Shown piece by piece: positions 1 through 9,442 of a DNA stretch of 64,000 nucleotides. Location of the stretch: assembly GCA_016186825.1 (NCBI GenBank), contig JACPKW010000004.1, forward strand, positions 64,428 to 128,427, read 5' to 3'. Position 1 is the first letter of the stretch. Every line of letters begins with the position of its first letter. A program made the position numbers and the translations under genes. The notes under the pieces were generated by a model. The model was not told where the DNA came from. It ran no database searches and worked only from the letters and a program-made list of their open reading frames with translations. The DNA comes from Candidatus Giovannonibacteria bacterium (lineage in GTDB: Bacteria > Patescibacteriota > Minisyncoccia > JACPKW01 > UBA11713).

Positions 1-89
1 ATGAGGATATAGATGAAAGCAAAGTTTCCGCAAATATTAAAACTGACAGAGGGAACATTTTTCTTTCGCATGACAATGGAGAAATAGAA

Positions 90-329
90 TTGTCAGGAAC
101 GCTCCGGCGCGGAACTCCCTGTGTGAATTGGACTGTTGAAACAAGTTACTCAAAAGATTTGCCGCCTTCTTCCGTAACTTTTGACATTAAAGACAAGGCT
201 AAAGGCGTGATCTGCATACAGGTTATAGGTGAGCCGCAAAGAATTGAATCCAAAATAAAAGCGGCCACTGATGCGGATATTACGGTTAAGATAGAAGGGG
301 AGATTGTGTTCAAGGGCAAAGTAAAATAA
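90..329 (+). CDS. hypothetical small protein (79 aa)
   Basis: ORF followed directly by a strong intrinsic terminator; no recognisable motif. Confidence 0.3.
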   Translation: MSGTLRRGTPCVNWTVETSYSKDLPPSSVTFDIKDKAKGVICIQVIGEPQRIESKIKAATDADITVKIEGEIVFKGKVK

Positions 330-348
330 AAAAAATAGGCTAACTACT

Positions 349-380
349 AAACCCGCCCGGCTCACCGGGCGGGTTTAGTT
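349..380 (+). terminator. rho-independent terminator
   Basis: 9 bp GC stem CCCGCCCGG/CCGGGCGGG with 4-nt loop, followed by TTTAGTTATTT. Confidence 0.8.
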
Positions 381-441
381 ATTTCTTCCTTCAATACCGC
401 TTTTATTTTTCAGAGATTTTATGTATTCTATAGACTGTTAA

Positions 442-512
442 GCCAGCGTAGTTCAACGGCAGAACGGAGGACTCATAAGCCTTTAATAGAGGTTCAACTC
501 CTCTCGCTGGCA
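442..512 (+). tRNA. tRNA with CAT anticodon (Met or lysidine-Ile)
   Basis: 7 bp acceptor stem GCCAGCG/CGCTGGC, D-stem GTTC/GAAC, anticodon loop CTCATAA, T-arm AGAGG-TTCAACT-CCTCT, discriminator A; anticodon stem has an A/G mismatch at 31-39; CCA not encoded. Confidence 0.6.
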
Positions 513-588
513 CATACTTTCGGAAATTGGGCGCCCCGTTAGAAAATTTACTTAGCGCCGAATATTCGTTGGTATGGTTTTATAACCT

Positions 589-663
589 GGGCGCGTAGTG
601 TAGCCTGGTTAACACGCCTCCCTGTCACGGAGGAGATCACCGGTTCAAATCCGGCCGCGCCCG
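589..663 (+). tRNA. tRNA-Asp (GTC)
   Basis: Acceptor GGGCGCG/CGCGCCC, D-stem GTGT/ACAC, anticodon stem CCTCC/GGAGG with loop CTGTCAC, T-loop TTCAAAT, discriminator G. Confidence 0.85.
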
Positions 664-908
664 CTAGTTTTAGTATCGAGAGACCGAGGGGCCTCAAAAA
701 ACAGGATTATGGAACTACAAGAATTTATTAAAACAACTCTTATTAGCATTCGAAATGGAGTGCATTTAGCCAACGAAGAATTATTGAAAAACAAAGAAGG
801 AAATCGTATTTATGGACTGCGGTCTCCTAATGAATCTTAGGGCTAATGCCCGCTTTTTCGTTTGATTCTGATTTACGCGACTTTCGGATATAATTAATTA
901 ATCCAATC

Positions 909-1424
909 ATGTTTCAGAAATTCGGCGGGAATAAGATTATTTTGGTTTTTATTTTGTTGGCTTTTTTTGCTTTTGTCTGGGGAAATGAGCGAAAAAATCT
1001 TTTTTCGAATAAATCTAACGAAACTGATGCATATTCCGAAGAAGAGAAAAATGATACTTCTCCATTCGTAATAATTCAAGAAAAGAAAATTTACGTGGAA
1101 ATTGTTAGAGAAGATGTGGAGGTGAAAAAAGGTCTTTCTGGCAGGGCGTCACTCGAAGACGATCATGGGATGCTATTTATTTTTCCGAAACTGGATGTTT
1201 ATCGCTTTTGGATGCCTGACATGCATTTTCCGATTGACATCATCTGGATTGAAAACGGAAAAATTATTGGAGCTGAAAAAAATGTCTCGCCGGAATTTGA
1301 TCCGTCTCGGCCCCGTTTCTACACTTCTCCGGCGCCCGTGCAATATGTATTGGAAGTCAATGCTGGATTTGTTGAAAAAAATGGAATTAAAACAGGTAAT
1401 TCGATTAGCTTTTACAATTTTTGA
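909..1424 (+). CDS. DUF192 (COG1430) family secreted/membrane-anchored protein
   Basis: N-terminal hydrophobic segment; conserved DUF192-like C-terminal region (GMLFIF...IDIIWI...YVLEVNAG); a paralog is at 35426. Confidence 0.55.
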   Translation: MFQKFGGNKIILVFILLAFFAFVWGNERKNLFSNKSNETDAYSEEEKNDTSPFVIIQEKKIYVEIVREDVEVKKGLSGRASLEDDHGMLFIFPKLDVYRFWMPDMHFPIDIIWIENGKIIGAEKNVSPEFDPSRPRFYTSPAPVQYVLEVNAGFVEKNGIKTGNSISFYNF

Positions 1425-2479
1425 ATTATTTAATGGATATTCACCCCATAAATGAAGTTGGTAAGGAAAATTGGAACGCTTTTGTTGCAAAGCATTATCC
1501 TCCGGTGGGCGCTTTCATGCAGACGTGGGAGTGGGGGGAGTTTCAGAAAGCGCTTGGTCGAAAAATAGAGCGATATGTTATGGAAGCGGATTCCGGAGAG
1601 CATATCGCCGTCTTTACCGTCGTTTATCATTCGCTTCCGTTCGGTTTTTCCTACGGATATTCGCCCCGCGGCCCTGTTATCTCAAAACATCTTGACGGGG
1701 ATGCTATTAACAAAGTATTTCAAAAGATTGCGCTTTGGACGAAACAAAATTTTAAGGATATAATTTTTCTTCGTTTGGAGCCGCCGCTTACATCTGCAAT
1801 TCGGGGCTTGCGTGATTCTGAATTTCGCCAGCCTGCTTACTATATTCAGCCGCGCCATAATCTTTTTGTTTCCTTGGCACAGACTGAAAATGAAATTCTC
1901 GAAAGTTTTCATCCCTCAACGCGCTCTAATATCAAACGCGCACTTAGAAGGGGAGTTCGGGATCAGGTGAAACATGCGCTAAGCGGATCGGAGCTCAAAG
2001 AATTTTATTTGATGACTGAAGACACGATTAAAAGAAACAGCGGCAAAAATGTTTATCCGCATCGGCATTATTTTGAAACACTTATCAGGACAATACCCAA
2101 AATCGGCGAAAAAGCTAATCCGGACAAATTAGAGCTCGGAATTCGCTATGCATACCAAAATGAAAAAGCTGCTGCTGCCGAGTTCACGGTTTTTTTTGGA
2201 AATACCGCCACATATCTTTATGGCGCATCATTTTCTGAACGTTTGTCTTCGAAGGCTACAACTTTTCTTCACTGGGCTGAAATCCTCGAAGCAAAACGGA
2301 GGGGATTTTTGTATTATGATTTTGGCGGGATAGATGAAACCATTTGGCCAACTCTCACAAACTTTAAAAGACAATTTCGGGGCGCCGAATTGAGCTATAT
2401 CGGGAATGTCGACATTCCCTTAAAGCCGAAAATGTATCAAGCTTACAACTTTTTCAGGAGAGCGGCCAAGCTGAAATAA
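1421..2479 (+). CDS. FemAB-family peptidoglycan interpeptide-bridge aminoacyltransferase
   Basis: 352 aa; TWEW... and GYSPRGPVIS match the FemA/FemX YSNRGPV motif region; overlaps upstream gene by 4 nt. Confidence 0.6.
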   Translation: MNYLMDIHPINEVGKENWNAFVAKHYPPVGAFMQTWEWGEFQKALGRKIERYVMEADSGEHIAVFTVVYHSLPFGFSYGYSPRGPVISKHLDGDAINKVFQKIALWTKQNFKDIIFLRLEPPLTSAIRGLRDSEFRQPAYYIQPRHNLFVSLAQTENEILESFHPSTRSNIKRALRRGVRDQVKHALSGSELKEFYLMTEDTIKRNSGKNVYPHRHYFETLIRTIPKIGEKANPDKLELGIRYAYQNEKAAAAEFTVFFGNTATYLYGASFSERLSSKATTFLHWAEILEAKRRGFLYYDFGGIDETIWPTLTNFKRQFRGAELSYIGNVDIPLKPKMYQAYNFFRRAAKLK

Positions 2480-2543
2480 AATTTCCCGCGCATGGCAGGA
2501 GTAATCCGGAAACAGAATTGATGTTTTCGGATATAATTGAGTT

Positions 2544-5222
2544 ATGGCGATAGAATGGTATGCTTTTTCACCCGAAGAAACGTTTGCAAGGATTGGAAGC
2601 GGAGATAACGGGCTTTCAACAAATGAAGCCCGAAAGCGGTTCGATCAATACGGCCCGAACGTGCTTCCGGAAGAAAAACCTGATTCCAAGCTCGTAGTTT
2701 TTATTAGCCAATTTCAAAACCCCCTGATTTATTTGCTGTTCGCGGCTGGCGCTGTAGTTTTTTTGATGGGGGATATTATTGACGGCTCTATAATCTTAGC
2801 TGTGCTTCTATTTAATGCTGTTGTTGGCGCGATACAGGAGGGAAAAGCTCAACACACGCTTTTAGCTCTTAAAAATTTCACAAAAACAAATGCCACGGTG
2901 TTTCGCGATGGAGGGGAATTTATTATTCCTGATCAGGAAGCGGTGCTCGGTGACGTTATTATTCTTCAGGAAGGCGAAAAAGTACCTGCTGATGCCCGAA
3001 TTATATTTTCCCAAAATCTGAAAGTCGATGAAGCCTCACTTACAGGCGAATCTAATCCGGTTCATAAAACTGTCGATCTGATTCGGAAAGGAAATCTTTC
3101 GACCGCCGAGCAAAAAAACATTGTTTTCAAAGGAACGCATGTTGTCGCAGGGAACGGCAGGGCAGTTATCATTGCTACCGGTTCTTCAACTGTCATTGGA
3201 AATATTGCAAAAGAAATTTCGTCGCTTGATACGGAAATTCCTTTGAAAACCAACATTCGCTATCTTTCCCACGCAATCATTGCAGTCGTTGCTTCAATCA
3301 GTGGGATACTTTTTATTTCTGGCATTGCGTTTGGTAATCCCGTGAGAGAAATGTTTAAAACAGTTGTGGCGCTTTCGGTTTCGGTCATTCCCGAAGGGCT
3401 TCCGATTGTAATGACTTTAGTGCTTGCGACGGGAGTTTGGCGAATGTCGAAGCAAAATGCGCTTGTTAAAAAAATGCATGCGGTTGAAGCATTGGGGCAG
3501 GCGCGAATTATTGCAGTCGATAAAACAGGAACAATTACGCGAAACGAGCTCATCATTCGCAAGGTATGGGTCGACGGCAAATCTTTTCAGATCGGCGGGA
3601 GCGGATATCAGCCAAAAGGGGAAATAAAATTGGCTGGCGATTATATTGATCCTGTGAACCACAAAGAACTTCTGTTTTTTGCGCGTGCAGCGGCTTTTTC
3701 TGCAAACGCGAGAATTTCTTTTTCCAAAGAAGAAAAAAAATGGCTTATTTCAGGAGATCCTACCGAAGCTGCGATTATCGTTTTTGCTGAAAAAGTTGGT
3801 TTTCACAAAGCAGAACTTTCGGAAGAATCTCCACAAATTTCAGAAATTCCCTTTGACTACAAACTAAAGTATCACGCGACTGTTCACGAAGTTGGAAAGC
3901 ATTCATTGCTCGCCGTTGCTGGCGCACCGGAGGTCATCCTTTCTCTCTCTACGGACATCAAGCGCGGAGAGAGAAGGCGTCCTCTATATGAAAAAGAGAG
4001 GAAAGAACTGGATAAAATTTTTTGGCAGATGTCCAACGAGGGGCTGCGTGTAGTGGCGCTTGGAATTAAAACTGACGCTGAACGGAATGTAAGTCCGGAA
4101 AATGTTCGTGGGCTGTCATTTGTCGGATTTATGGGCATGCAGGATACTTTGCGTCCTGAAGTTGCCGAAGCTGTGAAGCGAGCGAAGGAAGCAGGGATCA
4201 GAGTTGTTATGATCACGGGAGATCACAAAATTACTGCGCGGGCTATTGCGAAAGAAGCCGGGATTTATTCGGAAGGCGATGAGATTCTGACTGGCTTGGA
4301 TATCGATTCGCTTTTTGAAGAAGAGCTTCAGGAAAAACTTCCGCGGACGTCTGTATTCGCGCGCGTTACGCCCGAGCATAAAATGAAAATAATTAATGCT
4401 TACAAAAAGCGCGGAGAAATCGTCGCGATGACTGGTGACGGCGTGAATGATGCCCCGTCGCTTGTTGCAGCGGATCTTGGCGTGAGCATGGGAAAAATTG
4501 GAACCGAAGTTGCGAAAGAAGCATCTGACCTTGTGTTGTTGGATGATAATTTCGGAAGCATCGTTTCTGCGGTGGAAGAGGGGAGAAGTATTTATAAAAC
4601 TATAAAAAAAGTTATTCTTTATCTTTTTTCAACGAGTGCCGGAGAAGTCCTGACAATAACCGTTGCCCTTTTTCTTGGCTATCCCTTGCCGATTCTGGCA
4701 GCGCAGATTATCTGGCTCAATTTTGTGACGGACGGATTTCTGGATGTTGCGCTCGCGATGGAGCCGAAGGAAAAGGGCCTGCTTTCGGGGACTTTCGAGC
4801 GTTCCAAAAAATATCTGGTCGATTCGCTTATGTTGAAGCGCATGTTTTTTATGGCGCTTCCGATGATGCTCGGCACATTATTTCTTTTTCAGAAATATTT
4901 TGAGTCGGATCTGGCGAAAGCCTGGACAATTTCTTTAACCACGCTCGCTGTTTTCCAATGGTTTAACGCCTGGAATTGCCGCTCAGAAAAAGAATCTATT
5001 TTTAGAATGAATCCTTTTTCAAATAAATTTTTAATTGGCGCGACAATAATGGTAATTTTCTTTCAATTAGTCGCAGTTTATAATCCGATTGCGCATAAAC
5101 TTCTCCAAACAGTTCCGCTTGAATTTTCGGAGTGGCTTGTGATAATCCTGATTGCGGCTTCGATATTGATAGTTGAAGAAATTCGAAAATTTTTCAGTCG
5201 TCAAAGTCCCGAGCTAGCTTGA
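2544..5222 (+). CDS. P-type cation-transporting ATPase (Ca2+/Mg2+ type, P2)
   Basis: DKTGTIT phosphorylation motif, MITGDHKITA, TGDGVNDAPSL, 10 predicted TM helices. Confidence 0.9.
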   Translation: MAIEWYAFSPEETFARIGSGDNGLSTNEARKRFDQYGPNVLPEEKPDSKLVVFISQFQNPLIYLLFAAGAVVFLMGDIIDGSIILAVLLFNAVVGAIQEGKAQHTLLALKNFTKTNATVFRDGGEFIIPDQEAVLGDVIILQEGEKVPADARIIFSQNLKVDEASLTGESNPVHKTVDLIRKGNLSTAEQKNIVFKGTHVVAGNGRAVIIATGSSTVIGNIAKEISSLDTEIPLKTNIRYLSHAIIAVVASISGILFISGIAFGNPVREMFKTVVALSVSVIPEGLPIVMTLVLATGVWRMSKQNALVKKMHAVEALGQARIIAVDKTGTITRNELIIRKVWVDGKSFQIGGSGYQPKGEIKLAGDYIDPVNHKELLFFARAAAFSANARISFSKEEKKWLISGDPTEAAIIVFAEKVGFHKAELSEESPQISEIPFDYKLKYHATVHEVGKHSLLAVAGAPEVILSLSTDIKRGERRRPLYEKERKELDKIFWQMSNEGLRVVALGIKTDAERNVSPENVRGLSFVGFMGMQDTLRPEVAEAVKRAKEAGIRVVMITGDHKITARAIAKEAGIYSEGDEILTGLDIDSLFEEELQEKLPRTSVFARVTPEHKMKIINAYKKRGEIVAMTGDGVNDAPSLVAADLGVSMGKIGTEVAKEASDLVLLDDNFGSIVSAVEEGRSIYKTIKKVILYLFSTSAGEVLTITVALFLGYPLPILAAQIIWLNFVTDGFLDVALAMEPKEKGLLSGTFERSKKYLVDSLMLKRMFFMALPMMLGTLFLFQKYFESDLAKAWTISLTTLAVFQWFNAWNCRSEKESIFRMNPFSNKFLIGATIMVIFFQLVAVYNPIAHKLLQTVPLEFSEWLVIILIAASILIVEEIRKFFSRQSPELA

Positions 5223-5229
5223 AACGCAT

Positions 5230-6375
5230 TCATCTTAATTCGGATGCGAATTGCTTTGATGTTTCACGGTAAATTTCAGACTGAATTTTATCGATTTCTT
5301 CGTTAGTGAGTGTGCGCTCATTCGAGCGGTAAACTATTCTATACGTGTAGCTTGTCTTATCTGCTCCGAATTTTTCAGCGTTTTCGTATTTATCCAAAAG
5401 CGAAACTTCTTCCACTAAATCTCCGCCGAGATCTCTTATTAAGTCGAAATAATTGTTTGGGATGAAGGTGTTTGAAACAATGAATGAGATATCGCGAGTT
5501 ATTGGCGGAAACTTTGAAACTTCTTTGAATTTATTTCCGAGCTTCAGTTGTTTTTTTACCCGCTCGTCTTTTGACCAAAGCAGGCGAATGTCGGGCAGAT
5601 CCATCGAGAGCATAGCGAGACGTTCCAAGCCGAAGCCGAAGGCCCAGCCGGTCCATTTCTCTGGATCAACACCACATTTTTTTAAAACTCTGCCTTTTAC
5701 TACCCCGCAACCATTTCCTTCTATCCATTTATCACCGACTTTGATTTCCATTTCCAAGCTTGGGTCTGTGTAAGGGAAAGTATCTGGATTGAAGCGATAT
5801 TTGACATCGGGACCAAAAACAGCTTTTGCAATACTTCCTAGCACATCCTCTAAATCTCTTTGGCCTATGACTCGTTTGCTCTTAGGCGCCAAGAGCCAGC
5901 CATCAATCTGATGGAAGACATTCATGTGTTGGCGATCAATTTCGTCCTTGCGATAAACTTTGCCGAAAGAAAAGGAACCGACTATCTCCTCTCGCGCCAT
6001 TCTCTCTTTGATTTGTGGATCGTTGAGGTAGTAATACCACATGACAGTCGTGTGTGTGCGCAGGACATGCGCTTCACTCGCGTAATATGTGTCAGATTTC
6101 GAGCGCGCAGGATGATCAGCCGGAAAATCGAACAAATCAAAGCTTACATTCGCAGGAACGATTTCTGGAGCTTCGACAATATCGAAATCTTTAAAATCTT
6201 TAATATTGATTATTTTTCCAACCATATCGGCGAGAGGGGATCCCGGAGTTCTGGTCAAATCGGGCATATTTAAAAAACGCAGCATTCTTTTTGCATCCGC
6301 GTCCGATCTATTTTTGAGAGATTTCACTAACTCTTTTTCCTCGGGCGATTCTATTTTTATGTTCATAATTAACAA
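5230..6375 (-). CDS. pheS: phenylalanine--tRNA ligase, monomeric type (PheS catalytic core + C-terminal FDX-ACB anticodon-binding domain)
   Basis: FPADHPAR, LRTHTT, GWAFGFGLERLAML class II motifs; C-terminal ~100 aa (FPPITRDISFIV...ERTLTNEEI) resembles PheT-type FDX-ACB domain; table start is TTG, likely ATG near 6366. Confidence 0.8.
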   Translation of the reverse strand: MLIMNIKIESPEEKELVKSLKNRSDADAKRMLRFLNMPDLTRTPGSPLADMVGKIINIKDFKDFDIVEAPEIVPANVSFDLFDFPADHPARSKSDTYYASEAHVLRTHTTVMWYYYLNDPQIKERMAREEIVGSFSFGKVYRKDEIDRQHMNVFHQIDGWLLAPKSKRVIGQRDLEDVLGSIAKAVFGPDVKYRFNPDTFPYTDPSLEMEIKVGDKWIEGNGCGVVKGRVLKKCGVDPEKWTGWAFGFGLERLAMLSMDLPDIRLLWSKDERVKKQLKLGNKFKEVSKFPPITRDISFIVSNTFIPNNYFDLIRDLGGDLVEEVSLLDKYENAEKFGADKTSYTYRIVYRSNERTLTNEEIDKIQSEIYRETSKQFASELR

Positions 6376-6543
6376 TTAACAGAATTAAATTTTTTTTTCC
6401 AGTCTTTTTAGAAAAACCATTTATCCCGTTAGAAGTAATACCCGTCGTTTGCGGCGTGGGTTGCCCGTTGGGTCTAACACCCGCAGGGATTCAAATACCC
6501 CGCGGGAATTTCTAACGGGATTCATTTTTAATATAGCACCTGA

Positions 6544-6557
6544 TATGATATATCATA
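6544..6557. promoter_or_regulatory. 14 bp perfect palindrome TATGATATATCATA overlapping regulator start codon (candidate operator)
   Basis: Self-complementary; same core recurs at 7031-7044 and 26561-26574. Confidence 0.5.
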
Positions 6558-6973
6558 CAATGCCGCATGTATCGAAAAGAAAGTTGAAAAAGAAAGTATA
6601 TTCAAAAATTGAGACTAATTTTATTGAAGTGTTTCTTAAATTTCGGTCAAGAAAAGAAACATCTTTATTGTTGAACGATCTTCTGACACGAACTGAAAGA
6701 GTGATGCTCTCAAAGAGAATAGCAATAGTTTTAATGTTGGAAAGTGGATACTCGTTTAGTACGATTGAGCGGACTCTGAAAGTGACAAAACAAACGATTG
6801 TGAGATTCATGAAAATGAGAAAATCTGGGAAATTTAGATACTTGGAGGCTAAAAAGGAAAGTAAGGAAAACGATAGTCTGATCGAATTTTTAGAGAAATT
6901 TCTTCAAGCGGGCCTTCCGCCGCGAGGAAAAGGGAGATGGGCCAGGTTTTATAAAATGGCGAATGATGAATAA
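6545..6973 (+). CDS. TrpR/YerC/YecD-family HTH transcriptional regulator
   Basis: LLTRTERVMLSKRIAIVLMLESGYSFSTIERTLKVTKQTIVR matches TrpR_YerC HTH; table ORF starts at 6449 but that N-terminal extension spans a structured inverted-repeat region; start 6545 (or 6560) overlaps a 14 bp palindrome. Confidence 0.55.
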   Translation: MIYHTMPHVSKRKLKKKVYSKIETNFIEVFLKFRSRKETSLLLNDLLTRTERVMLSKRIAIVLMLESGYSFSTIERTLKVTKQTIVRFMKMRKSGKFRYLEAKKESKENDSLIEFLEKFLQAGLPPRGKGRWARFYKMANDE

Positions 6974-7017
6974 TTTCCGTCTTTATTCACAATCGACTTG
7001 TAAAGTATTAGTTTATT

Positions 7018-7053
7018 TTAATGGCTAGTATGATATATCATACTAGCCATTAA
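7018..7053. repeat. 36 bp perfect palindrome TTAATGGCTAGTATGATATATCATACTAGCCATTAA
   Basis: Exact reverse-complement symmetry; shares core TATGATATATCATA; lies between regulator gene and gyrB. Confidence 0.9.
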
Positions 7054-7162
7054 TTTGAATTTTGCGTATCTAATTGTTAAATTATTGCTATTATTTTTTG
7101 GAGTTCTTGAAAATACGTCATTAATTCTTGGTTCGCATTGTTCTCGAATTTTCCTAACTATT

Positions 7163-7174
7163 ATGCTATAATTG
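7163..7174 (+). promoter_or_regulatory. extended -10 promoter element (TGcTATAAT) upstream of gyrB
   Basis: TGCTATAATTGG 23 nt upstream of gyrB ATG; no clear -35. Confidence 0.4.
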
Positions 7175-7196
7175 GTTATTAACATTTGATCTGAAG

Positions 7197-9296
7197 ATGG
7201 CCAAAAAAACAGTAAAAATTAAAACCGCCGGCAACGGGGGGAAGGGGGAATCCGTTAATAACCATTCTAACAACTACACCGCGAAAGACATTTATGTTCT
7301 CGAGGGTCTTGAGCCTGTTCGGAAGCGTCCCGGGATGTATATCGGCTCCACCGGGGTTGATGGTCTGCATCACTTGATTTGGGAAGTTTTTGACAACTCG
7401 CTCGATGAGGCGATGGCGGGATATGCCAAAAATATTTTAGTGACTTTGCTTCCGGGAAATAAAGTGCGGGTAGTGGATGATGGACGCGGAATTCCGGTTG
7501 AAACGCATAAACAGACTAAGAAATCAGCTCTTGAGACTGTGATGACGACATTACACGCCGGCGGAAAATTCGGAGGCGAATCTTATAAAGTTTCAGGTGG
7601 TTTGCACGGCGTCGGCGTTTCCGTTGTAAACGCTCTTTCGAAATCTCTAATAGCTGAAGTTTGCCGCGATGGGGAGCGTTGGCAGCAGGAATACGAACGC
7701 GGGAATCCTAAATCCAAAGTAAAAAAAACCGGCTCATGCAAAGGCACTGGAACTGCCATCACGTTCGAACCAGATTCGGAAATTTTTCGAGACATCCGTT
7801 TTAATTGGGATACGATTCTTGAACATTTGCGACAGCAAGCTTATTTGACGGCAGGGGTCCGGATTCAGATCCGCGATGAACGTGAAAAGGAAGAACATTT
7901 GCATAAGTCCTACGCTTTTTGCTTTGAGTCCGGAATAAAATCTTATGTAAAATTTTTAAACCGCAGTCAGAAAAACAAAAACGAAAGTATTTTTTATGCA
8001 TCCAAAGAAACAAACGGCATTTTTGTGGAAGTCGCGCTTCAATATATTGATGACCTGACTGCGCGCGAACTTGCATTTGCAAACAATATTTATAATCAGG
8101 AGGGCGGATCGCATCTCACCGGATTTAGGACCGCTTTGACGCGCGTATTGAATGATTACGCGAGGAAGAACGGATATTTAAAAGATAAAGACGGTTTGAC
8201 GGGTGAAGATGTGCGCGAAGGTTTGACAGCGGTGATTGCAGTTAAAATTGTAAACTCGCAGCTGCAGTTTGAAGGTCAGACAAAATCCAAATTGGGAAAT
8301 CCCGAAGCGAGGGGAGCGGTGGAGAGCGTATTCGGGGAAGCTTTTTCTGCTTTCCTTGAAGAAAATCCGTCCGAGGCGCGCGCTATTTTGGAAAAAGTGA
8401 TTTTGGCGCTCGAGGCGCGCAAAGCCGCGAAAGCCGCAAAAGATACGGTTTTACGAAAAGGAGTTTTGGATGGGCTGACTTTGCCCGGGAAGCTCGCCGA
8501 TTGCCAGTCGCGAAAAGCGGAGGAGTCGGAGATATTCATAGTTGAGGGCGATTCCGCAGGCGGGAGCGCGAAACAGGCAAGGGATCGGAGAACGCAGGCG
8601 ATTTTGCCTTTGCGCGGAAAAATTTTGAATGTGGAGCGCGCGCGTTTGGATAAAATGCTCGCGTCAAAAGAAATTAAGGCATTAATCATAGCGCTTGGAG
8701 CGGCAATCGCAGAAGAACTGGATGTCTCAAAAATCCGCTATCACAAAATAGTTATCATGACTGATGCTGATGTTGACGGCGCTCACATCAGAACTCTTCT
8801 ATTAACTTTGTTTTACAGATACTATCTGCCCGTGATCGAAATGGGTTACTTATACATTGCCCAGCCTCCTTTATATCGCATTTCAAAAGGAAAGGACGTC
8901 AGATATGCCTATTTGGAGGATGAAAAAGAAAAAATAATTAAGGAGCTTGTAAAAATCGCGGAAGCTAAAACCAAAAAAGGAAAGGAAGAAAAAGAAGAGA
9001 ACGAAAATCCGGAAGTTCAGGAAATTGAAACCGAAGGGGAAAATCCGCCAGCCGGAGGACTGCCAGCCGGCGGACGCGGTGTTTCCATTCAGAGATATAA
9101 GGGCCTCGGAGAAATGAATGCGGAACAGCTTTGGGAGACGACAATGGATCCGGGAAAGCGCGTTTTGAAACAGGTTACAATCGAAGATGCGGCGGAAGCT
9201 TCTAAAACTTTCGATATTTTGATGGGCGATGAAGTCGCGCCTCGCAAACTATTTATACAAACACACGCGAGAGCGGTGCAGAATCTGGATATTTAA
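7197..9296 (+). CDS. gyrB: DNA gyrase subunit B
   Basis: GHKL ATPase motifs (GLHHLIWEVFDNSLDEA), Toprim EGDSAGGSAKQARDR, PLRGKILNVE; acidic/Gly-rich insert near C-terminus. Confidence 0.95.
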   Translation: MAKKTVKIKTAGNGGKGESVNNHSNNYTAKDIYVLEGLEPVRKRPGMYIGSTGVDGLHHLIWEVFDNSLDEAMAGYAKNILVTLLPGNKVRVVDDGRGIPVETHKQTKKSALETVMTTLHAGGKFGGESYKVSGGLHGVGVSVVNALSKSLIAEVCRDGERWQQEYERGNPKSKVKKTGSCKGTGTAITFEPDSEIFRDIRFNWDTILEHLRQQAYLTAGVRIQIRDEREKEEHLHKSYAFCFESGIKSYVKFLNRSQKNKNESIFYASKETNGIFVEVALQYIDDLTARELAFANNIYNQEGGSHLTGFRTALTRVLNDYARKNGYLKDKDGLTGEDVREGLTAVIAVKIVNSQLQFEGQTKSKLGNPEARGAVESVFGEAFSAFLEENPSEARAILEKVILALEARKAAKAAKDTVLRKGVLDGLTLPGKLADCQSRKAEESEIFIVEGDSAGGSAKQARDRRTQAILPLRGKILNVERARLDKMLASKEIKALIIALGAAIAEELDVSKIRYHKIVIMTDADVDGAHIRTLLLTLFYRYYLPVIEMGYLYIAQPPLYRISKGKDVRYAYLEDEKEKIIKELVKIAEAKTKKGKEEKEENENPEVQEIETEGENPPAGGLPAGGRGVSIQRYKGLGEMNAEQLWETTMDPGKRVLKQVTIEDAAEASKTFDILMGDEVAPRKLFIQTHARAVQNLDI

Positions 9297-9418
9297 TTTA
9301 GTGAATTAAATCTGGACTACTTGTGTAAATCCTGTGGAAAATTTGCGTGGTTGGCTTTACCATTTTTTAATTTAGAGTTAAGCTTGATCTAACGATTCCC
9401 GAGAGGAGGTGATCTTTG

Positions 9419-9442
9419 ATGACATACTACCTTGGACCATAA
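9419..9442 (+). CDS. 7-codon mini-ORF (MTYYLGP) with perfect Shine-Dalgarno, candidate leader peptide
   Basis: AGGAGGTGA 9 nt upstream of ATG; followed by a strong 17 bp interrupted hairpin (9443-9485) before gene at 9507. Confidence 0.3.
   Translation: MTYYLGP

Noticed and set aside
6470-6520. tRNA-like T-arm (GGGATTCAAATACCCC) suggesting a third tRNA
   Set aside because: No matching acceptor stem, D-arm or 7-nt anticodon loop could be built; the T-loop would be 9 nt
6449-6544. N-terminal 32-codon extension of the TrpR-like ORF given in the table
   Set aside because: The extension runs through the CCCGTTAGAA/TTCTAACGGG inverted-repeat structured region and encodes an Arg/Pro/Gly-rich low-complexity peptide; internal ATGs at 6545/6560 sit at the palindrome, so the real start is probably there
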